Source: Hormiphora californensis
Lineage: Eukaryota > Animalia > Ctenophora
NCBI GenBank assembly: GCA_020137815.1
Contig: CM035361.1
Coordinates: forward strand, 4,588,001-4,652,000
Direction of reading: 5' to 3'
DNA: 64,000 bases
Shown: positions 23,583 through 36,116 of the stretch, one piece after another
How the letters are laid out: each line of letters opens with the position of its first letter
Numbering within the stretch: the stretch's first letter is position 1
Notes under the pieces: model-generated
Database searches by the model: none
What the model was told of the DNA's origin: nothing
The model's input: the letters and a program-made list of their open reading frames with translations, nothing else
Translations under genes and position numbers: made by a program

Positions 23583-24808
23583 TTAAAGGGGACCTCTGGG
23601 AACTACGGAGGACCGTGGGGGAAAAGATTTAAAAGTAGCCTAAAAAATTAAAACGATAGAAAGATAGCTATCGTTTTTTTCACTTTGAAAATACGACATT
23701 TCTTTAACAAAATCCTTGATCAGGAAGATGCAAGTGTCTCCCACCTATTTTTTGACGTAGAATCGAATGCCGTTGAAGTCAAATCTCTAAAATGTTAGAA
23801 AAATGGTGAAAATCGCGTTTTTAGGTGTTTTTTGGTGAAAAAAGCGTTCAAACTGGTACTAGATGATGAGATAGAGTCCCAAAAGTATAACAAATCGCTT
23901 TTTTGGGACCTTTTCGCCCTAGAAGCAGATTTTTATGAAAATCTGGTTCAGCGCCTATTCTCTGTATACTTTCAAAGAAGGTCAATATTGCTCTAATTTA
24001 GCCAATTTTGAAGAAAAGTCATCCAAAACAGTACTAGATGATGAGATAGTGGCCCAAAAATATAACTAATCGATTTTTTGGGTCTTTTCCGTCCTAGAAA
24101 CAAATTTGCATGGCGGTCGGATGATACGTTTCCTCTCGGTAGGCCTCTGAAGTAGGTGGAAATAGCCGAAATATAGCGATTGCGGCAAATGAATGTGAAT
24201 AAACGTTGACCAAACCCACTTTAGCATCATGTATGACCTATCTCTGGGCTACTGGACTATGCAAGAGCCATACATGATGATGAAGTGGGTTTGGTAAACG
24301 TTTATTCACATTCATTTGCCGCAATCGCTATATTTTGGCTATTTCCACCTACTTCAGAGGCCTACCGAGAGGAAACGTATCATCCGACCGCCATGCAAAT
24401 TTGTTTCTAGGACGGAAAAGACCCAAAAAATCGATTAGTTATATTTTTGGGCCACTATCTCATCATCTAGTACTGTTTTGGATGACTTTTCTTCAAAATT
24501 GGCTAAATTAGAGCAATATTGACCTTCTTTGAAAGTATACAGAGAATAGGCGCTGAACCAGATTTTCATAAAAATCTGCTTCTAGGGCGAAAAGGTCCCA
24601 AAAAAGCGATTTGTTATACTTTTGGGACTCTATCTCATCATCTAGTACCAGTTTGAACGCTTTTTTCACCAAAAAACACCTAAAAACGCGATTTTCACCA
24701 TTTTTCTAACATTTTAGAGATTTGACTTCAACGGCATTCGATTCTACGTCAAAAAATAGGTGGGAGACACTTGCATCTTCCTGATCAAGGATTTTGTTAA
24801 AGAAATGT

Positions 24809-25031
24809 TCGCCTGATGTCCCAACCCTGACGGGCTGGTACGACGGGCTGGTACGACGGGCTGGTACGACGAGCTTAACACTGAAGAGGACATTCTTATG
24901 TCGAAACGTTTGTTATAATAGCTATTTGATTTTGAACAACTGAATCAACGTCTTTTTTCCTGAATGCCTGATTACACGCTAACATACGCGAGACCAGTTC
25001 GGAGGTCCAACAGTGGCCCCCACTCCAAGCA
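24809..25031 (+). mobile_element. 223-bp retroposon-like insert (Penelope pLTR-like or retrozyme-like)
   Basis: 12-bp TSD TTAAAGAAATGT (24797-24808, 25032-25043); absent from the mirror arm; no TIRs; contains a hammerhead motif. Confidence 0.75.
24876..24915 (+). ncRNA. Minimal type I hammerhead ribozyme
   Basis: taaca-CTGAAGA-g-gacat(tctt)atgtc-GAAA-cg-tt|tgtta: stem I taaca/tgtta, stem II gacat/atgtc, palindromic ACGT stem III, predicted cleavage after GUU (24910). Confidence 0.75.
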
Positions 25032-25656
25032 TTAAAGAAATGTCGTATTTTCAAAGTGAAAAAAACGATAGCTATCTTTCTATCGTTTTAATTTTTTAGG
25101 CTACTTTTAAATCTTTTCCCTCACGGTCCTCCGTAGTTCCCAGAGGTCCCCTTTAAGTCACACAACCGTTCGTTTTGCTGGGGGACTCGGTCGAGGTGGA
25201 ACGTCCTTAAGGGGCACCGTGATTGCACAAAATCACTAACAAGAAAAACACATACTCCCATTCCATTGCCAATGTCAATTTCTTTACACACGTGTTTACA
25301 GTGTCAAAAGATCTTCATCTTGCTATAAAATTAAAAGCTATGGTTCCTGATCTGGATACATATGATCTTAGCCGCGGGGTAGATAGTTTTGTAGGTCAAA
25401 GGTCTTGTCCATCATCATGTAAACCAGAAACCGACCGAATCAGGAAAAACTGGTCCCTGATTGGCTGATAACCAGTCACGTGACCTAAATAACTAGTTCT
25501 GATTGGTTGTTTACTTGCTTCGGTCGGTCCCTGATAAACAGGCTACCAAGTCATGATAAAGCTGTCAAATCTGCGGTTCCATTATTTAGTCTTGTCATTG
25601 TATTTCCAAGCCTTTCACTGAGCAGAATTATACATGATATCACATGGAACAACTCT

Positions 25657-27395
25657 TCACTGCCCAGAAGCACTAGAACTCGTAATAAACTCAACAGCAG
25701 AGTCCAAACTCCCCGGATCCCTGTGTACAAATCTGTGCTCCCCCGTCTTGGCGGTATACATCCCCACTTTCTTGCCCTCCCTCTCACATGCCTCCCTGAG
25801 CACCTCGGAGTGCCGGAGGGGAATTGTCCTATCATTCATAGCGTGGATAAGGTGTACCGGGAGGGATATGGTTGGAAGTAGGTCCACGGTTGGAAAAATT
25901 GACTCCATTGACCGGGGATTCTATCTCGTGTTATCCTGAAGTAGTCCCAGTACTTGGCCGCTGGGAACGATTTGCATGCTTCACTCGCGCTGATAAAAGC
26001 TGACTCTAGGATCAGACCAATGACCCTCCCTGACACTTGTCCCGGTGATTCGTCTAACATGGTCGCCAGGAATCGTGTTGAGATGCCGGTTCCCAGAGAG
26101 TGGCCCCAGACAACGAGGCGGTGGGTTGGGAAATTAGATGTCACCCATTGGTAGACTATTTTGCAGTCTCGGACGGTGCTCCCCTCGCTGGCCCTAGCTC
26201 CCTTACTGTCCCCAAAGCCGCGGTAGTCAAATGTGACGGTGGTGAATCCAAGGTCTTGGAGTTTTTGGTAAAATTCAACACGGTGCGGTTTACCTGCAGA
26301 TATAGAGAAGGGGTGTTAGTTAGGGTGTTAGTCAGGGTGTTAGACGTTAGTTAGGGTGTTAGATAGGGTGTTAGTTAGGGTGTTAGATAGGATGTTAGTT
26401 AGGTATTGGTGACATAGACACCGTGCGCGACCAAGATTAAGCTCACACAATGTGCGAGCTCGATCTCGCACGCACTAGGTGTCAATGTCACCAAAGTTAG
26501 GTAGAGAAGATACGCGGTACTACCATGCCACTACCGGTAGTATATGTGAGTTGTAAAGTTTGAAACATAGCTTAGAGAAAAGGGAAATGGATTATGGACC
26601 CCTGGCCTGATCGGGATCCTTCCATTGACCAGCTGCGCTCTGCAGTTGGCTCCATTGCAACCTATTCTCGCTCCGCAAAGAATGTATGTCACAAACTACC
26701 TATGTGAGATCGATCTCGATCGCTGCGCGACCTCGATCTCACTTAGGTATCAATGTGGCCAAACTCTGCAGTAGTCTCCTACTTCTGTTCGTTATTGACA
26801 TTGTTGGGTAACACCCCTTACTCAACAAGTTCGTTATGAATCTCTTCAGCTTCTGTTGTACAACAAAGAGCCTCCGCAGTGTCCAAATTTATTGGTTCTC
26901 CCACCGCGGTGCACTCAGATCAACTTACCTCTGTTGTTGGATGCTCCATGACAGTAGAAAATGAGAACCTTCTCAGCTCTCTCCTCGACTGTCGGGTTTA
27001 TCACCCACAGACCAATCTTCCCCGTTGAGCCAGGCACCTGGGGGAAGTTATGGTTAATTTGGTGGCATGGATTGAGCTCACAATTAGTGGTGTGAACAAG
27101 ATGTCTCATTCTCAAAAATTTGAGTCAAGTATTCAAAATCAGACTGAAAGGTTGTGGGAATACTTACGTCGAGAAAGAAATTCTCAGTAAGTGTGAGGCC
27201 CAATTTCTCCGGGTCCGCCAGGTGTCTATCATGTTTTGCGGGGTAGTTGAACACTCCAGAAAACAGGAATCTGTTCTTGAATGCTCCCCAGTGGAGAAAG
27301 AGATAGGGGACCACAAAGAACAGGATGGTGGATATGATGGTTAGGGAGAGAACGGTTGGGAAGAGGAAGTGGCTGAAGAATGATAGGGATAACAT
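25657..27395 (-). CDS. ABHD12: ABHD12-like alpha/beta hydrolase (lysophosphatidylserine/monoacylglycerol lipase family); one frameshift at a homopolymer
   Basis: Exons 27395-27168, 27037-26929, 26293-25657. N-terminal TM segment; motifs YCHGASNNRGKPHRVEFY, TFDYRGFGDS, WGHSLGTG (nucleophile), LILESAF, LIHAMNDRTIP (acid) and GEH (His). Frame change at the G4 run 25914-25917. Confidence 0.85.
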
Positions 27396-28338
27396 GGCTC
27401 GCTAGAAGGAAGAGAGAGTGTTTTTGGATGGTTTTCAAGACCGAATGAGATCCACCACCTGACAAAGATATTAAAACTGAATAGAATTTCAAGAATCCAA
27501 TCTCAAACCGCAATCATTCGTGCAGTACGTGGTTAAGAATATCAGCTCATATAGTTACAGCAAACATAAACAAAGCAAGTTGTCATTAATTAACACCAAA
27601 TCGTGCATAACTCACCGGTACAAGGCCCAAGCAGTGCAGTTTCAAGATGGGGGTATACTAGGCCGGCACAATGTCCAATCTAGCACGTGCAAAGTGCGTG
27701 CTGTAACGTAGCAATTTAGGAGTCAACAAGTATTGGCGAGTAGCCAGAACCACATAATTAGTTGAGTGACAGTGCGGTCATCTCATGAGGTGGTCATGAG
27801 ATATACTAGTATGAAGTAATAATAGCTGTCATAAGACGACGAATAATTGCAGTCGGGAAGGTGAATAAAAAGAGAAAAGAAAGGAAACAGAATCGGGAAT
27901 AAAGCTTGTGATGATCATATTCTAATCCAAAATATCTACCCTACTCAAATCTGGATTTACAGTTTCTTTTCTCTATCAAATGGGACAGCTCCAAATCGCA
28001 ATGACGAAAATCGCGATAGTTCTTTAGGGTTTCACACCCGACACTCATAGAAGAAGAAGAAGAAGAAATGGGACAGCTCTTACAACCTCACAATTTGTAA
28101 AACTGATTTGAAAATTGGGAACAGTTTGTAGACATCTTTCTCAAATCGGGTTGGCGCCGCCAGTTAGCCATCAGTTGAGAAGTAGAGAACAGTAAAACAG
28201 AACTGGAACTGAATATCAGCTAGTTCAATGTCACTGTCAGAGCATGTAGAGATCTAAGAACTCCAGGAAGTTTCATAGAACAAGAACAAGCTCCCGTTTA
28301 GCTGTAATACTAAACGAAGGATGGAGTTTAGCTGACGT

Positions 28339-28378
<40 letters not shown>

Positions 28379-29188
28379 GAGGATGAAGATGAGGGTAGAG
28401 AGAGAGGAGTAGGAGATGAGAAATAGAAGATCTGCCTACGCTCTTGCTTTCTCCTCTCTCTCTCTCTCTAGATACGCACGATCCTCGCTCACCAACGGAT
28501 CGTATATCAATTCACACTCTATCAACCTCTGAATAATCTTGCTCCCTTGTTCTTAATCTTGGCTGCACAAACCTGTATTCATGGAAAATACATTTTCTTT
28601 GCAAGGGCCTTTCTGGTCTGTTCCCACAACATTACAATACACCACTAATTGTAATTTCCTAATCTGCCGAATAATATTTTCAAATCTCTAAAATTAAATC
28701 AAGAATCAAGATCCTATAACAGAGACTACAGGGATGTAATGATTTAATAACGCATGGTTAATGGTGGTCATCCGGCATAATTTTCACTGCTCGCGGCGCA
28801 TTCCAGGTCGAATTTCAGGTCGAATTTCTCGTCGGATTATGTCGGATGACCACTGTATGATATGTCTGTGATATGTCTGTGACTCAAAAAGGAAATATGT
28901 GCACTGTGCAGATCAATATCAAAAGGAAAAGGCTAATATAATATGTTTTAACTCTCCTTGACAAACAGGGTCGAGCAAAGCAACAATATATGTGCGATAC
29001 CGGATTCTCTTCTTTTGGTGCAGTTGTTGTATATTCACCGCGAACATTATTCCAAAAACAGTCAAATTGGGGCCCAACACGTACACAGAATCGTTGTTGT
29101 ATACACATGATATTATTATTCACGAGCATTGAAACACAATCGTCCACGAGTCAGTGGATGAATTTATCATGTTTATTTGAGTAAAAAA

Positions 29189-29638
29189 ACTAGATCCAAA
29201 AACCAAACAAGTTTGGTGGATAGCCGGGGCCGCAGAAATTAAAAAACGTGCGAAAGTTTTGATACATGAACTTTCGGGGCCTGGGGTGCTGTTAAATTCG
29301 CGTTTCCACGATCATAACCAGCAACACTTTCAAACTATACGCCAGGAAAACTACTGCAATGATCAAATTATCATTATTTATTTATATTCCACATTTTCAT
29401 ACATACAGATCCACAAAATATATCACACATAATTTGTACTGCACACAGTGGGTCGTTTCAGAGTCTGTTTTACAGAATCATAGTGTGTTTTGAAAGAACG
29501 GCTGACTATCATCTATCATGGAAACGCGAATTTAACAGCACCCCAGGCCCCGAAAGTTCATGTATCAAAACTTTCGCACGTTTTTTAATTTCTGCGGCCC
29601 CGGCTATCCACCAAACTTGTTTGGTTTTTGGATCTAGT
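29189..29638. repeat. Inverted repeat with ~124-bp arms (MITE-like or transposon-internal)
   Basis: 29189-29312 is the reverse complement of 29515-29638. Confidence 0.8.
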
Positions 29639-32600
29639 ATCAGGCATTTTGTTATATTAATACTATAACATGCATTTTGTAACGCGGATTGGGGATTCAC
29701 GGACTTTTACAATTGTAGGTAGCCTCATAACAATCGCTGATATAGATATCCAATATCGGACATCAATTGCGAATCACTAATATGTGATAGTAATCGCAGA
29801 CAACCAATCGCGGATAACTGATCGCGAATCCGTTATAAGATATCGCAATCAGTTATCGCGATCTTAGCTATCTGCGATTAGCTTCCCGCGAATGGTTACT
29901 ATGTACTTACTATATTACTTATTTACGATAAGTTATCGTGATTAGTTATATCCGCGATTATTCTATGATTTTGATTATTAGTCACGGATAATGATCACGG
30001 ATAAGCATTGATAATCAGATATATCTGATACAATCAGGTTCTACGTACTAATTCGCCCTTTTCTCAATGGTTTTTAAAATCGTCTTATATTTAAGACAGT
30101 CATAACTCTAGATATGACTACCAATTATAACTGAAAATGCGGCAGTAAACCTAATTTTATAAAATAAATCTGATTCAATGTTAATTCAGACTCTGAATCG
30201 CTTCTTTCTAGGTGTTTTATAAATCGTCTTAAATTTAAGACAGTCATAAATCTAGATATGACTACCAATTATACCGGAAAATAAAGCAGTTGACCTACGT
30301 TGGCAAAATATATATGATGAAATCATGATTTATAGTTTAATTTACTCTTTTCTGGGTTTTTTTGAAAATCGTCTTAAATCTTAATACAGTCAGATGCCCG
30401 TAACTGAAGAACCGTAACTAGGATTTGCTTGAAATTTTGAACGTATGTTCAAGATGTCAAGGCAACACCACGTACCAAGCGGCGTATTCGTAAAACGACG
30501 GGAATGCCGTCTTAAGCGCCAAACAAAACTTAAGATAGTCATAACTTTTGCTATGACGGTCCGTTTTCTCTGCCCAAGCTTTAATACAAGGTACACCACT
30601 AGACCTACCGACTCCCAAAGTTTCATGGCGATAGCATTAAAACTGTGGCCTCCATTTTGTACGCAAAAAAGTCGTTACTTTACGGTGGTTCGTGACGCGA
30701 AAAACGGACATTTTGTCTAAAATACGACCCTCTGTAACGTAAAAACCGTAACTCCGATTTACATGAAATTTTGAACGTGTGCTCTAGGTGTCAAGGCAAC
30801 ACGAACTACCAAGCGGCAAGTTCGTAGGACAACGGGAAGGTTGTCTAAAACAAAGTTGAAATTGCCGATTTCAGACAATAAGTATAGTAGCGCTGTCAAA
30901 ATTTTCAAAAATTTTCAAAAAATTTAAAAATTTTTTTTTTCGCAATTTCGATTTTCCATTCACTGGAAGCAAGAATGCTTGGAAAATGGACATTTTTAGG
31001 GGAATGATGGTTGGGGGGAGGGAGGATTGGGCCCCGGGCGCTTGCCAGCGCTATGATTGCAGAAGAATGAAATATCTAGACAACTACTGGAATCAGCAAA
31101 AAATAAAACTGGATAGGAGCATGTGAAAGGGACTGGACTAGGAATACAATTAATGTAGTGTGTGTGAGTGTACAGTGTACACTGTACACTGCAGTGTACA
31201 TGTACAGTGTACACGCGTGGGGCCCAACGCGCGTGACACACAGACAGACGGAGTGGGGTGAGAGTTTCTACCATTCGCACTCAGAATTGTTGGAGTCATT
31301 TTTTAATTTCATATCTCTCCAAATCACTGTGTATTTGTTTATCAGTGGTTCTTTTTGTCATGTTTTGTGATTGCCACATGAATTGAACAAATAACATCTG
31401 AATACGGGTATGCTCACTTTCAGAACTCTTCCTTAGTTCCGAATATGAATCTTCTTCTTCTGGGAGGACGCTGGCTAGTGCAGCGAAGCACTAGCCAGTA
31501 AGGGGTGGGTGCCATGGGGCTCCCGTTCCCCGTCCTGGGTGGAGTGAATCAATTTCATCGAATCTATCAAGTGTTCGATGCCCATTACCCGTTATTGTAA
31601 CTTCACATCTGGATAACTAGCATGGTTATATTGAAGTGTCTCCTGTTATATAGTCCAATCATCCCATATTAGGAGTTTAGTTATTAAACATTCAATGACA
31701 CTTTTGACAGTTTCAAATCGTTGACTCCTGATCGCTCTTCAGCTTCTCTAAAGTATTTGTTCCCGAGCTGGTATTTTATTCTGAACTAGATGTGTCTCAC
31801 CCTGAATTCCATCTTGTGGTCACCTCGACAACTGAAGAACGATTCTTCTACGAAGCCATCACGTTGTCCTAAAGTTGTAATTAGTTGTACACGGTCCTCC
31901 TTCCTGTGACCATCGTCACCTAAAGATGTTAGCAACACTTTGTAATTTGTTGTTCTTCGTTCGACCCTCTCTCTCATCAACAGTAATTTGTTGGTTACGA
32001 TCAAGTCACCCGTCCTGGCGCTCGTGTTGAGGGTTCATTTCATTACCATGGTAATGTGCAGATTAATTTACTGGTTTGATGAGCCATCATCAACTCACTA
32101 ACAGTTGTTTAATAAACTACAAGTTCAATATATCAAACAGAGAAACACGTGTTTTGATTTATCGAACTTGTCAGGAAATTGTCGCAGATAATTTTGTAAC
32201 TGTTGAGTGATGTGCTATTTTTTAGAATCTCTGCTGTTTTTTGTCTTTCTGTATTGGCTATCACGTGTGGATGACATGATATTGGTAGCTGATGATAATA
32301 TACCGCCCTCTTTATCTGATTTCACGTTCCAATTTTTGAGAAAGGTTATATTGGTGACAAATGTTGGCTGCAGCCTTAGATATTGATACAGATATTGATA
32401 CAGTTTCCCAACTTGAACTCTTGTTAAGCTCCAAACGTTTGCAAACATGAGTGCCTGCCTTCAGCACACAATTTTTTCTCACATTGTAGTCTCAGTTCCA
32501 CGCTTATCCTGATTCCCTTTCAATAAAATGTAACAAATTCTGTTTCAGCATTTTATTTTCAGGGTGTTGGACCCTTTCAACAGGTGTGTGTTTCACAATT

Positions 32601-33826
32601 TCAGCACCGTGCCGGCCGAACCCGCAGCTCACAAAATATTTCAACACATTTATTAGACTATCCTGATTCGTGGCAGCCCTATCATGCTAGCATATGAATT
32701 GTTACATTTCGACTGTCATAGTAGTATTTCGATCTAGACGTGATGCCACGTGGTGTCATAAAAACAGCTTATGTCGAGTAAAACAATGCAAGGGTTATCA
32801 GCTGTATATATGGCGGTGCCAGACCCCGTTTTGATTCTCAATGCTTATCAGGTTTTTAGTTTTTTCTTCAGTGCTTTCTGAACACCTTACATCATTTCTA
32901 TCGGCTTTGCAAAGTAGAAGCAAAAACATACCTGCGGCATGGTGGTTTTTAATTTCATTTTATGTCACGGCCCCCGTCGTGTGTAGTATGTGATTGTGAA
33001 TATACCTGGCCACTCTGCAGCAGAGGTACTTGGACATGAGTACTCTCCTTATGCAAACCACAAGACTAAGAGTGCAAGTGACTAGCTAATAGCTTGTCCT
33101 TGCACCTTGGCGCTCGAATGCTCGATCCAGTTTCACCGCGCCCCACACAGCAAAACAAAATGTAAAGTACAAAAATCATTTTTGTGTCTTGTCATTCACA
33201 GTCGTGTATGACAATGACAATGACAATGACAGTGTCATTTTCATTTTTATATACGATCACTGTGTCTTTGCTGTAGCTTCATTAGCTTCACTGCAGTTAT
33301 AGCCTACCACAGCTGCACTGCAGCAGCAGTGTAGGCCTGTTTTGAAGAGACCAGTGTGTTACGAAACACTGTAGCAACCCCTTGTTCGAATGTTCGACTC
33401 TCAATAGCCTTTGAAGCCGAAATCACACCGACATACCCAAAATGTGTACACGCATCGCTGCGTCTGTACAAAGTGCCTTTACTGTTACATACTATGACGT
33501 AATAGAATTCGAGTTTGTTACATGTAGGATATGTGTCCTAGATTTATTGTCACATTCTTATTTCCAATTACATTCTTATTTCGGTTTCGGGAAGTCCTAA
33601 CTTGCGGGAGTCTTTGGAGTTAGCTCAAGAATACTTTTAATAAAAAAAGAGTTGCCTTATAATTTCAAGAGAAAAAAAGAGATAGAGAGAGAGGGAGTGA
33701 GAAAGATAGAGAGTATGAAAAGAAAAAGATAAAGAAGAGTATGGAAGGACAGGTGGCGGACGTAAGTTCATGTGGGAGCTGATCATCAGTCTAAAAAAGA
33801 GAGACTCTCACTCTCACTCTCTCTTT

Positions 33827-33891
<65 letters not shown>

Positions 33892-36116
33892 TCACTCTCT
33901 CATTCTCTCTGAAAGGACCAGTCCCGCACCGTACTACTATAATAACTCTACGAGTTGAATAATGTTATCCTTTCAAACGCCTGGGCTTGTGTTACATGTA
34001 TAACGACCAATGTGTTTTGTCCGAGGCCCGGTGCGGAATGCAGTCGTGTTGTATCACAAGATTTTCTCTGAGATTCGCTCGAGACGTACAACGGTACGTG
34101 AGAATTGACAAGTATGGACATATACCATGAACCAATCTATAGTTATGGTTACCAAAATAAATCGAATATGAAATCAGTTTCATACGGCAAGGTCATTCGC
34201 GGGTCCTTTAACCTTTTTATCGATATTCCGGCGGGAATATCATATTGCCCTTATGTGTGGTGTGACAACATACGCTCCGAAATTATCTAACTCAGATCTG
34301 ATCTGAGTTAGATAATTTCTGATTCAGTAGGTAATGCTCCGACATCAGATAAGCGCCATATAATTAGATGAGTTACCGAGCTGAAGTGGTAGGTAATTTG
34401 ATTCTGATATTAAATTAAATAACACGTCAGTTACTTGATATCTTATACGGACATGATCGGTCGGCAGTCGCTAAATCGTAAATGAAATTGAATTTTGTTG
34501 ATAGGCCGGATGCATGTAGCCTCTTTTATTATTATTATTTCCTCTTATTTCAGGCCAGGTCTCACGTTGCGTCCTGACTCCGGCGTCCCTTTTTAACTAT
34601 CATTTACCTCTGCTCTGTCATTACTAGTTATCCTCGCCTTAAAACATGTCACAATTTTGTTGTTTTCTACTTTAGATCCTCTCTACCTACCTTGTTTAAA
34701 CTAACACGGCGTACTGGTCCATGCGTTCAGTTTACTAATTTGCGGTCGCAAGTTTGCTAAATTTTGCCATATTATGCACCTTAAGATTAGATTATGCGCT
34801 TTAGACCAGGATTTATTGACTTGTTACATAAAAAACTGGAATTTCAAACCCGGTACAATAACTGGACCTACTTGTTGAGTAAGGACCTATACTTGAAGAG
34901 GGTGTGGCGCCTTTCTGACCGTCCTACATTGCCCTAATTTAAATTCTACAAAGCTGTTGACATATCGTGGTATTGAAAGTAATCGTTTTGCTGCTAGGCT
35001 GTTACCAATAAACAGCATCAGCGGCAAAACATCGACCAACGTACCCGGTACAACTACAATTCGCTGCGTAAACACTGTGTATTCATTGCGTAAACACTGT
35101 CGATTTAAGAATATGGAGGATGCAGGCCGTCGCGTACTACCCATGAACGTCCAACTTGTGTTTTACCAGTCATCTTAACGTGAAATAGCTCTTTATTAAA
35201 AACAAAGGTAATTCCATACCGCCCTATAGCTAATAACCTGAACACATGAGCTGCCTTTGTCTCAGCTGTGGATCCCACGTACAAGGCACCAATTGAAAAT
35301 TAAAACTTCTCCTACTACATTTAACTTGCCTAGCTAGACTGTGTTAGGGTTAGAACATAACAACATTTTGCAATGTAGGTGGCTAGTAATGGATGCTAAT
35401 ACACACATGTGCATGTTATTGCGATTAAGACTATCCATTGAGAGAATGTTAAGAGAAAGCCCCCTGATGTGTGAGTGTGTATGACCTAAATTCAGTTATC
35501 CCTACTCAGCCTATAAAGCTATAAGAAGTGTGCTAACGGTAAAGCCACCGACTGGCACTTAGAAAAATTTACTCTACTGATTCTTAGTATTAATATGTCA
35601 TACTGATTAATCGTCTGTCGGCGCCAGAGCCCGATTTGCCTCTGATTTACGCGCCAATCAGTAAATCGTTGTTTTCTTAAATTTTACTCTATACCCGGCA
35701 CACATTCTGTTAATCTTGTCTAACGATTCTTTCTGTAGCTAATTGTAATACTTGTCTATTCACACCTCTTTTACTATCAGTGCAAGCTATACCTACAAGC
35801 ATGCCTACTTGATGTGAGTAGTTTATACACTCAAAAGTGTCCCATAAACGCATATTGTATTAGTACTAAACGCATTATTTGAATCTGTGCTTGTTAAGCT
35901 TCGTTGCTTTGATTATTCCAAGACCGTTTTAGTCATTGCCACTCAACATAATTCATTCACTACTTAGCTGCTTACCATGGACCCATTAGTTGCCCAATGC
36001 CCAGTAAGCATGCAGAGTAGAGTTGAGTTATTCAAAATACTGTCTCTTGATGTTTTCTGTAAAATCCTATCCAAAATAGTTCTAAAATAATTCAAATTTT
36101 GGCCGCGTATTCACAG

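Larger units (their letters stand above)
23271..25221. mobile_element. 1.95-kb palindromic foldback element, Chapaev-like, with one nested insert in each arm
   Basis: cacggtgccccttaaggacg / cgtccttaaggggcaccgtg; TSD ATTG (23267-23270, 25222-25225); centre near 24255. Confidence 0.88.

Noticed and set aside
25914-25917. Programmed ribosomal frameshift in ABHD12
   Set aside because: No slippery heptamer or downstream structure seen; a homopolymer error is simpler.
31700-32450. Protein-like minus-strand fragments
   Set aside because: Interrupted by stops with no recognisable family or splice pattern; possibly a decayed element but unsupported.
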